Assembly (NCBI GenBank): GCA_951406725.2
Contig: OX597817.1
Location: 106,268,001 to 106,332,000, forward strand
Origin: Octopus vulgaris
Lineage: Eukaryota
Length of the DNA stretch: 64,000 nucleotides
Reading direction: 5' to 3'
Shown here: positions 47,722-60,977 of the stretch, one piece after another
Numbering within the stretch: position 1 is the stretch's first letter
Layout: every line of letters starts with the position of its first letter
Notes under the pieces: model-generated
Databases searched by the model: none
Told to the model about the DNA's origin: nothing
The model's input: the letters and a program-made list of their open reading frames with translations, nothing else
Program-made: the position numbers and the translations under genes

Positions 47722-49560
47722 GTGTAAGCGATAGGTGGATAGTTCGCTGAGTTAGAGGGATAGATGATGTTGAGATTTGGACACTATTGTATGTTCCAGA
47801 GAGAAAGAGACTTTTGAAAAGCTACACTTATAGCTCTGACGCTCATCATTTGTATAGTGTCTGTGACAATCATTCGAATCACTTTCTCTTGATAGTAATT
47901 CTCGGTACATGCAATCTTGATCCCTTGGGAATCTTTCTAATGATTTGAATATAAATCTTTAACAATAGAAAAAAATGCTAATTCACACGATATGACCTAA
48001 ACCTGATAAAATGTGGCATGAAACCCGCTGTCACAGCACAATTTCCACTGACCCAGAGATCCACAAGATGTCTGTTTTCTAACGTAATTGTGAACAAAAA
48101 CGAAAACAAAGTTATTGCTTTTTATTTCAACAACTTCTTCAACTGCATCTAATACATCTATCTCACCAAACTACCATCTCATGAACAACACAATTAAAAG
48201 TATTACAATCCCTACAAACACTTGTCTCCCAATATCTATTGACTTCTGACACCCGTTAGGTTGGGTTAAGACTAACTGATGTCCTAAGCTTAGCCCAGAA
48301 ATAACGCTCTCTCGACCTTTCCAGGTCTGACTGACAAAACATATTTTATGTGAAACAAGCTTAAAATTCAGTTTACTTCCAGGTCAGACCACAACAATTA
48401 TATAAGCCGTTTTTTTAAAACTTCATGTTGTTTATGAAAACTGCAAATTTCCAACTCTTTATAGTTCATTTTTTTTTCAAACTTTTCTAATTTACCATTT
48501 GCATAATGGTAAATCCGGCACTAGAAAAATAAAATGTGCGATGCCTTCTTCACCTAACACCCAAACATCTGCTTATGTTATTACATGCTTAATTATTAAT
48601 TCAGAGCTCATAAAAATACATCTGAAACAAAACGGGATTCCCTCTTTTACGTGAGATAATACTTAACTCTCTGTTGTCCTGTGTATTTCATATGATGCGC
48701 AGAACATATTTTCCTTGGCTTCCATGCATCATATATGATATACATTCCCAGTTTCCTTCAACTATCAGAGTAACTTGGGACTAATGAAAGGAAAGCTTTA
48801 TATTACTGAGAACTTACTATATAATAACCTCGCTTCAAATCCAGTAAGAAACACTCTTCCATTCTTACCCATCCAGTACTGCAAACCTTTTGTACATTCT
48901 CGCAATAAATATATCTAAAGCAAAACTTTTTCATGGATCCTTAATATAATACTGTAGATCCCCAATTTACTATTTTGCTTGCGTGGACCCCCCCCCCCCA
49001 ATCTTAGATGAATCCCCAGGTATTAAGAACCACTGCTGTAGAACCTCACTCTGTCGTGACTAAGATGGTATCTGCTCTACCATATTTATCGCCTGTCAAA
49101 CTAAGCGATCATCTTGGGGGTTAGTATCGAGGGGGCGTTATGCAAATTCTGAACAACTTGAACAAAATTTCTTAATCCAACTAATTAAAACAAAAATTTG
49201 GAGCAGGCGAAGTCACTCTCGGAACAAGAGGATGGAAAGCAAAAGTAATGTGAGTGTGGGAGACGAGAGGACCGCATGGTGTTATGACCTCTCATATTAT
49301 TTGGAGCGAAACGTTTAAAATTGTGCCAACTCACAGATTTATTCCATGACATACATGATCGTAAAACTATAAATTTCTAGTTAGTAAATTATTTATTATT
49401 TTTCTACTGGATTTTTCAGCTTGTGTAAAGAGGGTGATGAGTGGAGAAAGTTGAGGAAAAAACTGAAGGGACCACACAACTGAAAAGCTAAGGCACTAAA
49501 TATTTTGGTACTGGCTAAGATATTTAATGCCTTATGCCAGAAATTTTAGAGAAGTTTCCT

Positions 49561-49869
49561 CAGTGTTGTCTTAAGCTTGGACACACTGGAGATCCCACGG
49601 GTCTACAGGCCCAATGCTAATCTATGTAGGGACGTTACTTGGAGTCTGTAGGAAGTGCGAACGGCACAACGTGGTCCACTATACGAGAGTATGTTAAGAT
49701 TAAGGAAGATGTCAACCAAAACTTAACATACACTTGACTTACAGAAGCCACATGGCAGTCAAAACCTACCCTACGCCATTGAATGTATATATATTCTGTG
49801 ATTGTGTAGTATGGGAATTCCAGTGCATTGTTTTACCTGGGACCCGACAATGCTATTGAGATGGCCCTG
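49561..49869. mobile_element. hAT-like MITE
   Basis: cagtgttgtcttaa ... ttgagatggccctg imperfect TIRs; related to 30520-30690. Confidence 0.55.
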
Positions 49870-50628
49870 AGTGTCTATATTCTGCCGTTTTACTTGTCAA
49901 TTAAAATATCTATTTAAATTAGTTTCTGAGAGATTATGAATGACTGTTACACACAGGAGAACAAATTTTGTGGCTTAAATATTTGAGAAGCCATAATGAA
50001 AATAATAATTACTTCTTTCTTACGTATTTGCGTATTGTCTCCACTGAATTGTGATGAAAACATTGCTGGATCCATGGTGCGACACTCTTTTCTTGACCCT
50101 CTTCATTTTGCAGGTTAAGAAAAAGAAATTTTCCAGTACCTGGCTAGTAATTGATTTATTTCGCCTTTGAAAGGAGAAAAGGTAAATTTGGCATCAAGAG
50201 TGCAGAAAGCCGGAACAAATGCTGCTTGGTATTATTCTAACTGATGTTCTAATGACTCTGCCATTTTACCGTCTTGATTAATATTAGTTAATTACTGTTT
50301 TATTTTGGTCGCCAATTAGTTAAGTCAAATTTCTATCGTTAGTTTTAAATAATTGGGTTACGTTATAACATACATATACAGCTCATATTTGAGCTCATGG
50401 ACGCGATACTTAAACAATTATAAGGTTAATAAATGTCAATATTTCACCTTGCAGTCAATCAGTGGGGGTTTTATGTCATATCTTTAATATTTCAAAGGTC
50501 ATGATTGCAGTCGTTTTCGTGAAACTCCTTAGAACTAATCTATTATATATAAAAAAAATTAACTTATTAATATGCTGCTATAACAATAATAACTAATTCT
50601 TTTACTGGCCACAAGGGCTTACATAAAT

Positions 50629-52449
50629 GGATCTTTTCCTTTTGAACGGCAGTTGTCAACACAATTTCTAGTTAACTAAACACTTTTAAACTTCGTATAC
50701 GGGTAGAATGTGTTTATAAAACATCATTTTTTCTTGGCTTTATTGAGAAAATTCTATATGTTGTAACATATTTCCACTTTAATTTCAAGCATTTCGGCAA
50801 TTTTAACCAATCGCTGACCTCCATTTGGGGTGAAAACATTCCGTGCTGTATGAATATGTCCCTCGTTTAAGAAACAGATTAGATTTATTTACATTTGCGA
50901 AGAAAAAAGATACCCTTCCCTAACCTAACCCTAAATCTAAAATAGATTGAAATGCAATAGATCGATACTAGGGTTATAATTATGGGTGACAATTTCATAC
51001 GACACCACTACGGAAAATGGGATTTTTTTCTAGCGGTGTCAAATGAAAATGTCACCCATAATTATGACTCTAGTATCGATCTATTGCATTTCAATCTATT
51101 TTAGATTTAGGGTTATGGGTGGGGGAAGGGTATCTTTTTTTCTTCGCAAATGTAAATAAACCCAATCTGTTTCTTAAACGAGGGACATATTCATACAGCA
51201 CGGAATGTTTTCACCCCAAACGGAGGTCAGCGATTGGTGGATCTTTTCTTTTTGATGGACGGAATTTTCTAGTTAACTAAACAATTTGAAACTTCGTATA
51301 CTGGTAGAATGTGTCAAAAGAAAACATTATTGTAAACAAAATTGAAAACAAAATTGTAATTCGTAACTTTAACGTAGTTTAATTCTACGAACTTTAACCA
51401 ATGAAATCCTAGCATTCGAGCTCAAACCATATGCTGCGGCTAAAAACTCACACACACACACACGTCTTATTCATCCTTTCTCTCTTCTGTCTTCTACATG
51501 TGCTAGAAATAACAGCTATATCTCTTAAATCGATGAATTTCGTCGCCCAATAAAAATATTAACGATATATTTTGAATATTTTCTTTATATTTTTTTTACC
51601 GAAAAGGCTTCTCCCGTGGTTTTGAAGGGCCAGAAACAACAATAATATGCCTAAAGCGGTCTAAAAAATTGCGAAATATTTTTTCATAAAAGGATGCCCC
51701 AGCTTGTCGGAGGCTGTGATATAAATTGGGGAAAAAATCCTCGACACCAGTGCGTAATTGGTACTTAATTTATCGACCCCGAAACGATGAAACATTGACC
51801 CCCCCCTCACTTCTGGTTTATTTACCTTTTGTGTAAATTTGTTGCGGCAAGGGGCAACTCACGAACGTGTATGTATGCTTGTGTGCGTATGTGTGTGTAT
51901 GTATATCTCCGTTTGTATGTGTGTGTACGCTTATATATTAATTACTATGTGCTTGTGCAAATGTATATGCATGTGTTTGAGAGAGAGTGTGTGTGTGTGT
52001 ATGTGTGCGGCATGCGTCTGCTGTTTCTTTATCAATATCGATAACGCAGCAAATGATTTGAGCTCAAATGCTCGGATTTCATTGGTTAAAATTCGAAGAT
52101 GCTGGGATTTCATTGGTTAAAATTCGAAGAATTAAACTACGTTAAAGTTACGAATTACAATTTTGTTTACAATAATGTTTTCTTTTGACACATTCTACCA
52201 GTATACGAAGTTTCAAATTTTTTAGTTAACTAGAAAATTCCGTCCGTCAAAAAGAAAAGATCCCGATTGGTTAAAATTGCCGAAATGCTCGAAATTTCAG
52301 ACGAAATATGTTACAACATATAGAATTTTCTCAATAAAGCCAAGAAAAAAATGATGTTTTATAAACACATTCTACCAGTATACGAAGTTTAAAAGTGTTT
52401 AGTTAACTAGAAATTGTGTTGACATGTGCCGTTCAAAAGGAAAAGATCC
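50629..52449. mobile_element. Merlin-like palindromic MITE (outer element; ~790 bp without the insert)
   Basis: ggatcttttccttttgaacggca ... tgccgttcaaaaggaaaagatcc; TSD acataaat / acataaag; symmetry centre near 51020. Confidence 0.92.
51239..52263. mobile_element. Merlin-like MITE nested in the outer element (~200-bp TIRs)
   Basis: ggatcttttctttttga.ggacggaatttt ... aaaattccgtccgtcaaaaagaaaagatcc; perfect 8-bp TSD cgattggt (51231-51238 / 52264-52271). Confidence 0.93.
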
Positions 52450-54096
52450 ACATAAAGTTACATGAAGAGATAAAGACAGGACAATAATACAAATAGGTTT
52501 TAAAGGCGTGTAAACAAAAAATAACAGAAAATAAGGCTTCCAATATGGGGAGGCGTTCTTTTATTTTTCACAGGCGCATGCCCAAAATGGGTCCTTTCAC
52601 ACTGACCATTTTTCCGACACTCACCCACCTTTCAACGAATTTGCTAGAAGGCAACACTTCCCTATCCACCTTCACTTGCCTTTCAAATGAAACTTGAAAA
52701 AGTTAATAACAATAAAAATCTTTATTCATTTGCTTGGATAAACGTTTTCCATTTAAAAAACAAATTAAGTTTCTTTCTTTTATTGCTATTTCAATTAATT
52801 CACTAATCGTTGCTATTCTCCTTGGCATTAAAGGGTAAATTAATGGAGATGACTGCCTTCCTAGTATAACCAACAAGAGGACTTCAGTGATAACTAGTAT
52901 GAATTTCACTTCTAAGAGCCTGCAGCACATTTACAATTGACCTTTCATACAAATGGATGCTTGTTAATACGGTTTATTCCTTGTAGTTGTTTTCGCTGTT
53001 GCTATGGTTTTTTGGGGTTTTTTCTGCCTACTCAACTTCCTCCTCTTTCTCATCGTCTTCCTCGCTTTCTCTCTCTCTCTCTTATCTTCTTTTGCCTCCT
53101 CTTCTTTCTTATCCTTTATCACCTCTACTGCCCTTCCTCCTTCTTCACTTCCTTATTGCTACCACAGTCTTAAACTACCTTAAACTATTTCTCGAGTTTA
53201 AATATATTGCCATATATCACGTTATATTCTATTCCACGAAAGCAGTTCTTCAAAGCTGGCACCCCAACCCCCACTTTTGTTTTCAAAACCACTGAATAGT
53301 GGACTATTGAAGGTGTTCCATCATGGCGTTGACTCTGGGTGGCGAAAACAAATTAGAGAACATCGATAGTCTGCAATAACTTGTATAGAAAGAAGGACAA
53401 ATACATTTTAGTAAGGAAGTTTCTATAACTGACAAAATGCCACATTAGAAGATAGAAAAATATCAAATAAATAAAGTAGAAATAGCTTACAGTATATTCT
53501 TAGCATGGAATAATATTGGCAGGCTGACATGACTTCTTTATGTCTATATACAAATACGGCAGAATTGACACAAACAAGTCGAGGGCCCGGAATGATAGTT
53601 TGCTCAAGTATATTGGTTAATTAAACCCCTGTTGTAAACATAGGATAATGTAAAATCCAAAAATTGTAATTCTTTCATTAATCTCACCTTGTATAACGTT
53701 ACTTCGTTGAGCCAACGAGGGGACTTGTACACAGTTACTCGACATGCTAGAAATAACAGCCAAATTATACCCTATTGTTTAAAAAAAAACAGGAAAGGAC
53801 ACATTTGATAGTGAAGTCCTGAGTGCCTCTAAAAATATGAGATGGTCACAACAGGACTACATTGAACACAAGTTTGCTCAAGGAAAGCAACTTCATATCA
53901 TTGTAACACAAATTTGTTACCAGTTCAAATATGCTTGGTGAACATGTTTTTTTCACATTATGCTATATAAGAGAATTATTTCAATAATTAACATGCTGGA
54001 AAATTTATAAGTTTATGGTGATTGATTTATAAAGATTATATTTTAATATAATTTTAAAACTTCATGGTAAAAGGTTTTATATTTCTTTTTATACAC

Positions 54097-54950
54097 AGGT
54101 GTAGCTGTGTGTTAAGAAGCTTGCTTCCCAACCATATGGTTCTAGGTTCAGTTCCATTGCATGACACCTTGGGCAACTGTCTTTTCCTATAGCCTCTGGC
54201 CATCAAAACCTTGTGAGTGGATTTAGCAGATGGAAACTGAAAGACGCCTGTTGTATATATGTGTGTGTGTATATCTATATATATTCTTTAATACACACAC
54301 ACACATATATATATATTCTTTTATTCTTTTGATTTATTTCAGTCATTTGACAGCAGCCATACTGAAGCACTGCCTTGAAGGGTTTTGTCGAACAAATCGA
54401 CCCCAAGACGTATTTCTTAAGCCTAGTACTTATTCTCTTGGTCTGTTTTGCTGAACCGCTAAGTTATAGGCACATAAACACACCAGCACTGGTTGTCAAG
54501 TGGTGATGAGGGACAAACAGACAAAAACGCACACACATTGATGTATACATATATCTATATACAACGGGCTTCTTTCAGTGTCCATCTACCAAACCCACTC
54601 ACAAGGTTTTGGTCAGCCCAAGGCTATAGTAGAAGACATTTACCCAAGGTGCCACACGGTGGGACTGAACGTAGAACCATGTGGTTGAGAAGCAAACTTC
54701 TTACTAAACCACCATGTGTGTATGTGTGTGTGTATGTCTGTATTTGTGTTTGTGTGTGTGTCTCTGTCCTCTACTACCGCTTGACAACCAGTGTTGGTGT
54801 GTTTATGCCCCTGTAACTTAGTGGTTCAGCAACAGGCTTTAAAATAAATGGAAGACTGGGGTCGATTCATTTGACTAAAAGTTCTTCAAGATGGTGCCCC
54901 AGCAGGGCCGCGGTCAAATGACTGAAACAAATAAAAAAGATACAAAGATA
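54097..54950. mobile_element. Plus-strand major SINE with an antisense copy (54317-54715) nested in its central microsatellite
   Basis: Plus head 54097-54250, complete minus copy, then plus 3' half 54760-54950. Confidence 0.85.
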
Positions 54951-55964
54951 AAAAAAAGATAAAATCTTATGCATTTCTTCGCGAGCACTTGTCATACTTC
55001 TCGCCCTATTTAAAAATGTTAAATTTGGAAGCAGAGGAAACTAGTGACCACTCCACCCTCACGTTTCTCCTACAATGTGGTACCACTACCTCTGCCATCT
55101 TTCACTGGTTTTCCTCCTTCCTCAGTCCTTCTTTCCTTCTACTTTTCTAATTTCCTCAGCCACAATTTTAGGCAATGAGTCCTCCACATAAATTTTCTCT
55201 AGCGTTTGAGGAAGAAGAAGAAGTGGAGGAGGGCAACCAAAAAGGTACTGATGGTAATGAAAGTGGTGGTGGTGGTGATGAACGGAGGGGGAGAAGTGAA
55301 GGTGGTGGTGATACAGTATGGAACCCTCAAGCTCTACCTCCTAGACTGTTATACAACGCCCACACTTTTCTCTCATTAGTTTTTTTCCCTTCCACAATCC
55401 TTCCTTTTACCTCTTTCATTTTTTTTTGTAGCCACAATTTAATGACCTAAGTTATAAGGCATCTATATACTCTCTCCCTCTCTCTCTCTGGGAAGAGGAA
55501 GAAGTGATGGTAGTAATAGCAATGAAGAACAATGTGATGATGGTGATAATGATGAAAGCAATGAAGAGGATGATGATGGTGATGGAGAAGGTGATGATGA
55601 TGATGATGACTGCAATGTGATGAAGAAGGTGAAGAAGTGAAGGTAGTGGTGATATTTCTGAAACTTTTTTTTTCAGTCAAAACGGCAAGCATAAAATGAC
55701 TTCACTCCTCTCATAACTTGACAAATTTAATCTACAGAAGAAATTAAATCAATTGGTAAAATGTTCATAATCAGAAAAATTAATGGAAGAATAATCCAAC
55801 ATTTTGGGCACTTGTCCTTGTTTGAAAAGAAAAAAGTTTGTCGGTCAATGCCAGGTTTGTTAAGAAATGGAAAAACATAATGGAACTAAGAAGGGAAGTG
55901 GGGAAAAGGATAGTGTGTATAGTAGGAAGTGGTGGGAGTTGAGCTATGTTGTGTAGCCTTAGAC

Positions 55965-56305
55965 CAGTGGTTCTCAACTGGCATCCATATGGCCCTTGAG
56001 AATTCATATAAAATTTTTATGGGGTCCACACAACAAAATTGTAAACTGGGGATCCACAATAATATTCTAAGAGCCCCTGAAAATATTTTGCTTTAGATGT
56101 ATGTATTGCAAGAAACACCTAAGCTTTTTTGCTCTAACATTTTACATAGTTCAACCTACGCAAGTTAATGTGTGATAAACAAAATAGGAAGCTTGAAAGA
56201 AGGTTCTATAAAACTAGTTTTTAAACATTGAATGGCTATGGGGGTCCACCAGAATAAAATAGTAATCAAAGGGGTCCATAGATAAAAAATGGTTGAGAAC
56301 CCCTG
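55965..56305. mobile_element. hAT-Charlie-like MITE
   Basis: ccttagac|cagtggttctcaac ... gttgagaacccctg|ccctagat. Confidence 0.85.
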
Positions 56306-57024
56306 CCCTAGATCATCCTGGTTTCACAGACCTGTAATCAAAGACATGATCTTCAACACTTTCATTGTGACAAAACTTACAAATACAAGGAATAATACCA
56401 AGTCTTCAAAAAAGATATCCTCGTCCTAGATAGTTTAAATACACATCTCAACTTCTACTTGTATTGATCTCCACACTCCCACCAACTCTGTCTCGGAAAT
56501 AGCAATCAAATTCCATCAACTCACACCATACCATCTTATGAAAATAAGGACACATTCACAAATGTAGTCCTAGATCTTTTATCTTTTACTTGTTTCAGTC
56601 ATTAGACTGTGGCCCTGCTGGGGCATTGCCTAGAAGAATTTTTAGTCAAATGACTTGACCCCAGTACTTATTTATGTTTTAATTTTTTTTGAAACCTGGT
56701 ACTTACTTATTCTATTGATCTCTATTGCTAAACCACTAAGTTACAGGGACATAAATAAACACACCAACACTCGCTGTCATTCTTGAATTATTAAAATTGA
56801 TTCTCCCATTTGTCCCCACTCCCCTTCCCTGCTTTCTACTTTTTCCTAATTTCATTTACTTCATTTGGCCTAGCTTTCAATTGACGTGGTCCCAGTATTA
56901 ACTTCACCCCTCCCCTATTCACTTCTTACCATATTATTTACACCATCATTTTTCACTACACACACACTGTCATTTCCCCCTCCACTGTTTTCCAGTAACC
57001 AAAGCATCGAATTTTTCATTCCTT

Positions 57025-57490
57025 ATCATCATCATTATCAATCATCGTTTAACATCCACTTTCCATGTTGGCATGGGTTGGATGGTGCGACATGGAGCTG
57101 ACTAGCAAGGAACTGTCCAGACTCCAGCTGTCTGTTGAGGCATGGTTTCTACAAATGGATGCCTTTCCTAACACCAACTACTTAACAGAGTGTGCTGGGT
57201 GTTTTTTATATGCCACCTGTATGGGTGCATCTATGCAGCACCAGCTCTGGTACCTGAAAAGACAAGCCTGTATGTGTGGAAGATAGTGATTTTACTTAAC
57301 TTGACATGTCTTATCAAGTACAGCAAATCACCACATCTCTCGGTCTCTTGTCATTTCCTCAGTGAAACCCAGCATCTGAAGATTCTTTCTCGCCACTTTA
57401 CTCCATGTCTTCCTGAGTCTACCCTTTCCACAGGTACCTTCCACAATTAGAGCTCAGCACTTCTTTATGCAGCTGTCCTCATCCATACTC
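57025..57490 (-). mobile_element. RTE LINE 3' end
   Basis: Tail motif plus reverse complement of the C-terminal coding part seen at 6190-6380. Confidence 0.75.
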
Positions 57491-58038
57491 CTTAGAGTAA
57501 ATTAACTTCCTTTAATCTTTTCTTATCTATACTGATACTTCCTGCCAATTGCAACTCCACCCTTGCACATCATTCAATATATCCTCCTCTTCTCCATTTT
57601 CTACTCTTCCCTGATATTCTTATGAAACTACCCTTTCCACACCGACAGAGCTGGTTTTAAACTAATTAGATTTGTTCAAATTTGGCCCTGTGCCAAGAGA
57701 GTCAAACACACACACACACACACACGAGTGGAGGACATGATGATGAATTTTTGGTATATCATTGTGGCTAATGGTGGAGTCTCAAGCCCTCAATGCTTTT
57801 TGACTGGGGTTGGCAAACTACACAAAGCATTAAACATCAATCTTCAGCTTTTGTAGAGTACAAAGTCCCACTGATAATTCTCTAATTGGCCCCTGCACTT
57901 CCAAGCACCAGCCTTGCCCCCTGATCCACTGACCATATTCTCTCTTATGTTCATCTACCTATGATGATAGATTTATTTGTCTGCAAATTTAATTTGGTGA
58001 CAGAGACAGGCACAGCATCCCAAAAACAGAGACTTTTA

Positions 58039-58248
58039 CCCTTTAACATTTAAACCAGTCATATCCAGCCCAAATATTCTACCTGTTTTATGTTCAAACC
58101 AACCATATCCACCCTCTCACACCTACCCTACAATGTCATTCTAAAAATAAGCAATCGCATCATGGAAATCTTGAAGCCACAACATAATTCAAAAACAATG
58201 TGAATAAACAAGCATCACATTTGACAGAATAATCCAATTGTTAAAGGG
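58039..58248 (+). mobile_element. piggyBac-like MITE
   Basis: ttta|ccctttaac ... ttaaaggg|ttaa. Confidence 0.8.
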
Positions 58249-59222
58249 TTAAAATGAGGCAGTTATATAAAATTGGTTTGAGGATAATGTGGGACAGCCA
58301 TATATCTCCTCTATAGCAAGACACCTGCTCCAACCCCTCTAATCATACTTGAGGCTCTCAGCATCTGGCATTAAGCTGCCCCACCAATTCCTAACCTGCC
58401 CCCACCCTCATCTAACACTTAGTCGTGGGTACTTTGTCTTTTCTGTTTGTTTCTGTCTTGTAACTAATTGGCAACTTCACTAGTGTCATTTGCACAATAA
58501 AAGCAGCAGCCAGTGCACACTGTAATGTGGTTGGCTTTAGGAAGGGCATCCAACCATTGAAAACACCTCCAGTGCTGACACTGGAGCTTGACGAACCTCT
58601 GCAACTTACCCTTTCCTGTCAAACCATCCAACCTATACCAGCATGAAAAATGGACATTAAATGATGACAACAACATCAACACTGATGCCAATGTCAACAC
58701 CACCTCCACCATCATCACCACCACCACGGCTGACAACACCAATGATGAAACTTTTATGGATTAATTCTTGCAAATGTGGACCACCATCAGTTCTTTAGTG
58801 TCCATATCTGACTTGATTCTGTTGATTGTTCTTTATTTCTTCATAATTCTTTTAATCGATGTGGAAGATTTTTTTAATTATGTCTTGTTTTTGCTATATT
58901 ACATCTTCATCCCTGAACAAAGGAAATTTTATCTACATACTAAAAAAGCTTGTCCTTTGTTTTCTGAAGCATCATAATGAATTAACTAGTATAAATTAGC
59001 AAGGTCTTGTTCAGCGTTTAGACAGGGTCAGGGAGATAATTAACTGTTTGCTTGATATTGATTTTAGGAAGGGCATCCAGCTGAGAAACCATGCCAAAAC
59101 TGACAAAAGAGCTTGCCATAGCCCTCCAGCTTGCTTGCTCTTGACAAACCATCCAGCCCATTGAAAACAGACAGTAAATGATAATGATGGTGATGACAGC
59201 AATGACAATAATGATGATGATG

Positions 59223-59254
<32 letters not shown>

Positions 59255-59271
59255 AATCATCATCATCTTTC

Positions 59272-60131
59272 ATTGTTTATTTTTCTACTTGTTTCAGTCA
59301 TTGGATTGCGGTCATGCTGGAGCACTGCCTTGAAGGGTTTAGTCAAACAAACCAACCCCAGTGCATATTTTTCATGTCAGATACTTAGTCCATCATTCCC
59401 TTTTGTCAAACTGGTAAGTTATGGGAGACATAAACAAATTAATCCTGGTTGTCAAGTGGTTGTGGGGAACAAACACACACACACATAAACACACATGCGC
59501 ATGTGCACACACACATACAAACACACCCATGACAAGTTTCTTTCAGTTTCCCTCAACCAAATCCACTTACAAGGTTTTGATCAGCCTGGGGCTCTGGTAG
59601 AAGACACTTGCCCAGGGTGCCACACAGTGGGACTGAAACTGGAATCATGCGGTTGAGAAACAAATTTCTTACCACGCTGCTACACCTGTGCCTATGAATC
59701 TATGAAATATTCACACAAAATTATCAGATGATCAAGAAGACAAAACACAACTAAATGAATATACCAACAGAACTAAACAGAGCATGAATAAGATATCAGC
59801 AAAATTTGATCAACTTTTGTGAAGTAAAAGAAGACCTGACAGAAGAGCTTACAGCATTCCTGAGCTGGAGAAATGAGGTTAGTAAAGTGAGATTTGTTAT
59901 CTTTACCTTTATCTCTTACTTGTTTTAGTCGTTAGACTGTGACCATGCTGGGGCACTGCCTTGAAGAATTTTAGTCAACCGAATCGATAACAGTACTTAT
60001 TTTCTTTTTAAGCCTGGTACTTATTCTATCGGTCTCTTTTTCTGAACTGATATATTACAGGGATGTAAACACACCAACATTCGTTGTCAAGCAGTGTTAG
60101 GGACAAACAGACACAAAGACACATACACACA

Positions 60132-60172
<41 letters not shown>

Positions 60173-60330
60173 GATGAGCGTCTTTCAGTTTCTATCTACC
60201 AAATCTACTCACAAGGCTTTGGTCAGCCCAAGCCTATATTAGAAGACACTTGCTCAAGCTACCTTGCAGTGGGAATGAATCCAGAACCATATGGTTGGGA
60301 AGCAAGCTTCTTTACACACAGTCACGCCTA
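59272..60330 (-). mobile_element. Two major SINE copies (59272-59695, 59905-60330)
   Basis: Tail and head motifs. Confidence 0.85.
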
Positions 60331-60591
60331 AAATTTAGAGTATCAAGAGATGACATAACTCTAAAGTAGGACAATGTCTACTGACTGTTTCTAATGATGA
60401 TAGATTTATTTGTCAGGCAGATTTAATTTGGTGACAGTGACAGGCACAGCATCCCAAAAAGACAGAGACTTTTACCCTTTAACATTTAAACCAGTCATAT
60501 CCAGCCCAAATATTCTACCTGTTTATGTTCAAACCAACCATATTCAACCTTTCACACCTACCCTACAATGTCATTCTAAAAATAAACAATC

Positions 60592-60977
60592 GTAGACGCA
60601 GGAGTGGCTATGTGGTAAGTAGCTTGCTCACCAACCACATGGTTCCAGGTTCAGTCCCACTGGATGGCACTATGGGCAAGTGTCTTCTACTATAGCCTCG
60701 GACCAACCAAAGCCTTGTGAGTGGGTTTGGTAGACGGAAACTGAAAGAAGCCCATCGTATATATGTATGTATATATTTGTGTGTCTGTGTTTGTCTCTGC
60801 AACATCGCTTGACAACTGATGCTGGTGTGTTTACGTCCCCGTAACTTAGCAGTTCAGCAAAAGAGACCGATAGAATAAGTACTAGGCTTACAAAGAATAA
60901 GTCCTGGGGTTGATTTGCTCGACTAAAAGCGGTGCTCCAGCATGGTCACAGTCAAATGACTGAAACAAGTAAAAGAT
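60592..60977 (+). mobile_element. Young full-length major SINE inserted in a piggyBac-like MITE (60475-61085)
   Basis: gtagacgcaggagtggctatgtggtaag ... gactgaaacaagtaaaaga; the MITE resumes at aatcacatcatg, collinear with 58150. Confidence 0.9.

Noticed and set aside
50918-50941. Telomeric (CCCTAA)n repeat
   Set aside because: Only two or three degenerate units, internal to the MITE arm and mirrored at about 51105.
55175-55692. Acidic/Gly-rich and His-rich ORFs
   Set aside because: They derive from low-complexity GAA/GGT/GAT runs and have no splice or domain support.
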